Positions 62,330 through 64,000 of a DNA stretch of 64,000 nt are shown one piece after another (positions within the stretch are counted from its first letter, which is position 1; every line of letters starts with the position of its first letter). Under the pieces are notes generated by a model. It ran no database searches. It saw only the letters and a list, made by a program, of their open reading frames with translations, and was not told the origin of the DNA. This DNA is from Amoebophrya sp. A120 (lineage: Eukaryota > Protista > Dinoflagellata): NCBI GenBank assembly GCA_905178155.1, contig CAJINV010000013.1, positions 1,326,392 through 1,390,391 on the forward strand, read 5' to 3'. The position numbers and the translations under genes are program-made.

Positions 62330-64000
62330 TATCAAATGTAAAAATGTCTGGGTCTGGAAACTTGTAATGCTAAAAATGAATGCTAGACGCACTGCAATAC
62401 GCAGCTACGCATGACAATTTTTTTGGCTACCAATGTCTTACGTATTCCGCATGGCAAACTGCGTTTTTGCATGACAGGCGAGGAGCACGCCGGTCAGCAA
62501 ACGCGAGCGAGGAGCACGCCGGTAGCAAACAAAAGAACGGCGGAGCAGAAAACAACGCAGGAGAGACAGAGAGGATCGGGAGGCGACGCGAGTCGTCACC
62601 AATCTGGAAGCCACCAGCGAAAAAACGAAAACCCGCCCACCTCTCGCAATTCTTCAACGTCGCGGACATGTTCGGACCACTAGGGACGGAACTTGGGGGC
62701 AACATCTTCGGCGCAGCTCCACGAGGACAGGGAGAGACAGGAAGCAGCAGCTCCAGCAGCTCCTCACGACCGGCGCAGCCGAACACAGAAAACCCCCCCA
62801 AGGCGAAGCAGCCCCCCCCTTAGCGGCAAACCCCCCTTACCCTCCCCCTTGGGCAGACATGCGGCAGTCGGCCAGCAGCACAAAAGGATAGCAGAAAAAG
62901 CTACAGGGTCCCAGCGCGGCAGGGGCGCACAAACACACGAACACGGAGCCAGGAAAGCGAGGAGTAGCTCACACTAGAAGAAAAACAAGTCAACTTTTAC
63001 CAGAAAAGCAGCAGACTAGTCGTTTTCTTCTTTTTTTAAAAAAAATAGAAGGCTAAAAAAAAACTACTGCAGGAGTACAGGGAGCCAACAAGGCTCACTC
63101 GCCGGCAGAAGACGCGAAAGCTCACAGGAGAAGAGCAGTCGGGTGGGCTGTTCCGGCGGAGGGACAGAGAGAAAAAAAAGAAAGAGAAAAAATAGGAATG
63201 ACAAGATGGCGCGTAGACTGTACGTCCCCCCCTTTCCACAAACTTGGACCCCAAGTCCTCTTTGCACCGAACGCAACCAAAACGAAGCAGAACGAGAACG
63301 GAGGGAGGATTCGCGCCGGAGTTTTATTTTGCATGAAAACAAAAGAAAAACGGAAGAAGAAACCAAGCCCGCAAAACATATTCAAACCATGTGAGGCCAC
63401 CAGTGCGAAAACTTCTACGGAGTCTGTGCCTAACTTAGCCTGCGACCATGGTTGTGAATAGCCCCGAGGTTTTTCATATCCGGCAGCAGTCCGTCGAACA
63501 GTCCCCGTACCCCCAGAGTAGCCCCCCCAACTACTCGCCCGAGCCAATGATCCCACTCGTGCGTCGCACCAACATAGGATGGGCTCACTTTCTCGCTTCC
63601 AGGGAGTGCGAATTGGTAACTAACCGACATTGTGCCAAGAGGAGGGCCTCCCCGGGACCGCCTGGCGAAAGCCTGCCATGGGTTTCACTGTCCACGGGTG
63701 GTGTTGCGGGTAATCCTGACGAAAGCCAAAAACCGGCAGAAAATGGGGCCACGGAAGCGTTCTTGCTGGACATTGCCAACATTTGCCCATGCAGAGCCGT
63801 CCTCTTGCCGGACACAACCCACATCTGTCCGAAACAGCCTAGGGCCAAGACGACATCGTGAGGACGACCACAGGGGGTTCGTCTCAATGATGATGATGAT
63901 GACAGGCAAGAGGGCTTTTTCGTGCCTATGCAACACAGATTTTCGAGTCATGCCAGACAAGCATGACAAACTTGCATTCTTCCAGACCCAGACACTTTTG
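62330..64000. mobile_element. Family A introner (right end cut by the window) interrupted by a nested insert
   Basis: Left TIR TATCAAATGTAAAAATGTCTGGGTCTGGAA at 62330 and right TIR CTTCCAGACCCAGACACTTTTG at the window end. The arms are colinear with the reverse complement of 28275-28526. Confidence 0.88.
62480..63898 (+). mobile_element. Retroposon-like insert (5'-truncated LINE or SINE-like) with (TGA)n tail and 9-bp TSD ATGACAGGC
   Basis: ATGACAGGC at 62471-62479 and 63899-63907. The 3' end is …CTCAATGATGATGATGATGA and there is a short tandem duplication at the 5' end. No reverse-transcriptase motif visible. Confidence 0.7.

Overview
Eukaryotic genomic window. It is most likely from a parasitic dinoflagellate of the Amoebophrya (Syndiniales) type; this is an inference from all genes lying on the + strand, GC-rich conserved coding blocks padded with S/T/A/N-rich insertions, and many non-canonical introns. 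About 12 genes can be built: a secreted hypothetical protein, a large DxD-motif glycosyltransferase-like protein, a gamma-glutamylcyclotransferase, a TrmY-like SPOUT tRNA methyltransferase with Tudor-like and CCHC add-ons, a Q/N-rich protein, a secreted Pro/Ala-tailed protein, a ~2160-aa M16A insulysin/nardilysin-like peptidase, a ZNF474-like zinc-finger protein, a hidden highly fragmented gene at ~40-46.7 kb, a coiled-coil/LRR protein, a PPWD1 WD40-cyclophilin and a truncated hypothetical gene. The dominant signal is about 29 MITE-like intronic elements (introners), mostly 205-366 nt, from several families. They have TA(T)...(A)TA terminal inverted repeats and 5-bp target-site duplications. 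Removing an element plus one 5-bp copy restored the reading frame in every complete case I translated by hand. Family members occur in both orientations and most lack GT-AG ends. One element carries a nested foldback element and another a ~1.4-kb retroposon-like insert with a (TGA)n tail. No autonomous transposase was seen. The first ~1.8 kb looks like complemented-but-not-reversed sequence and may be an artefact. Coordinates and translations were derived by hand, with no database searches.
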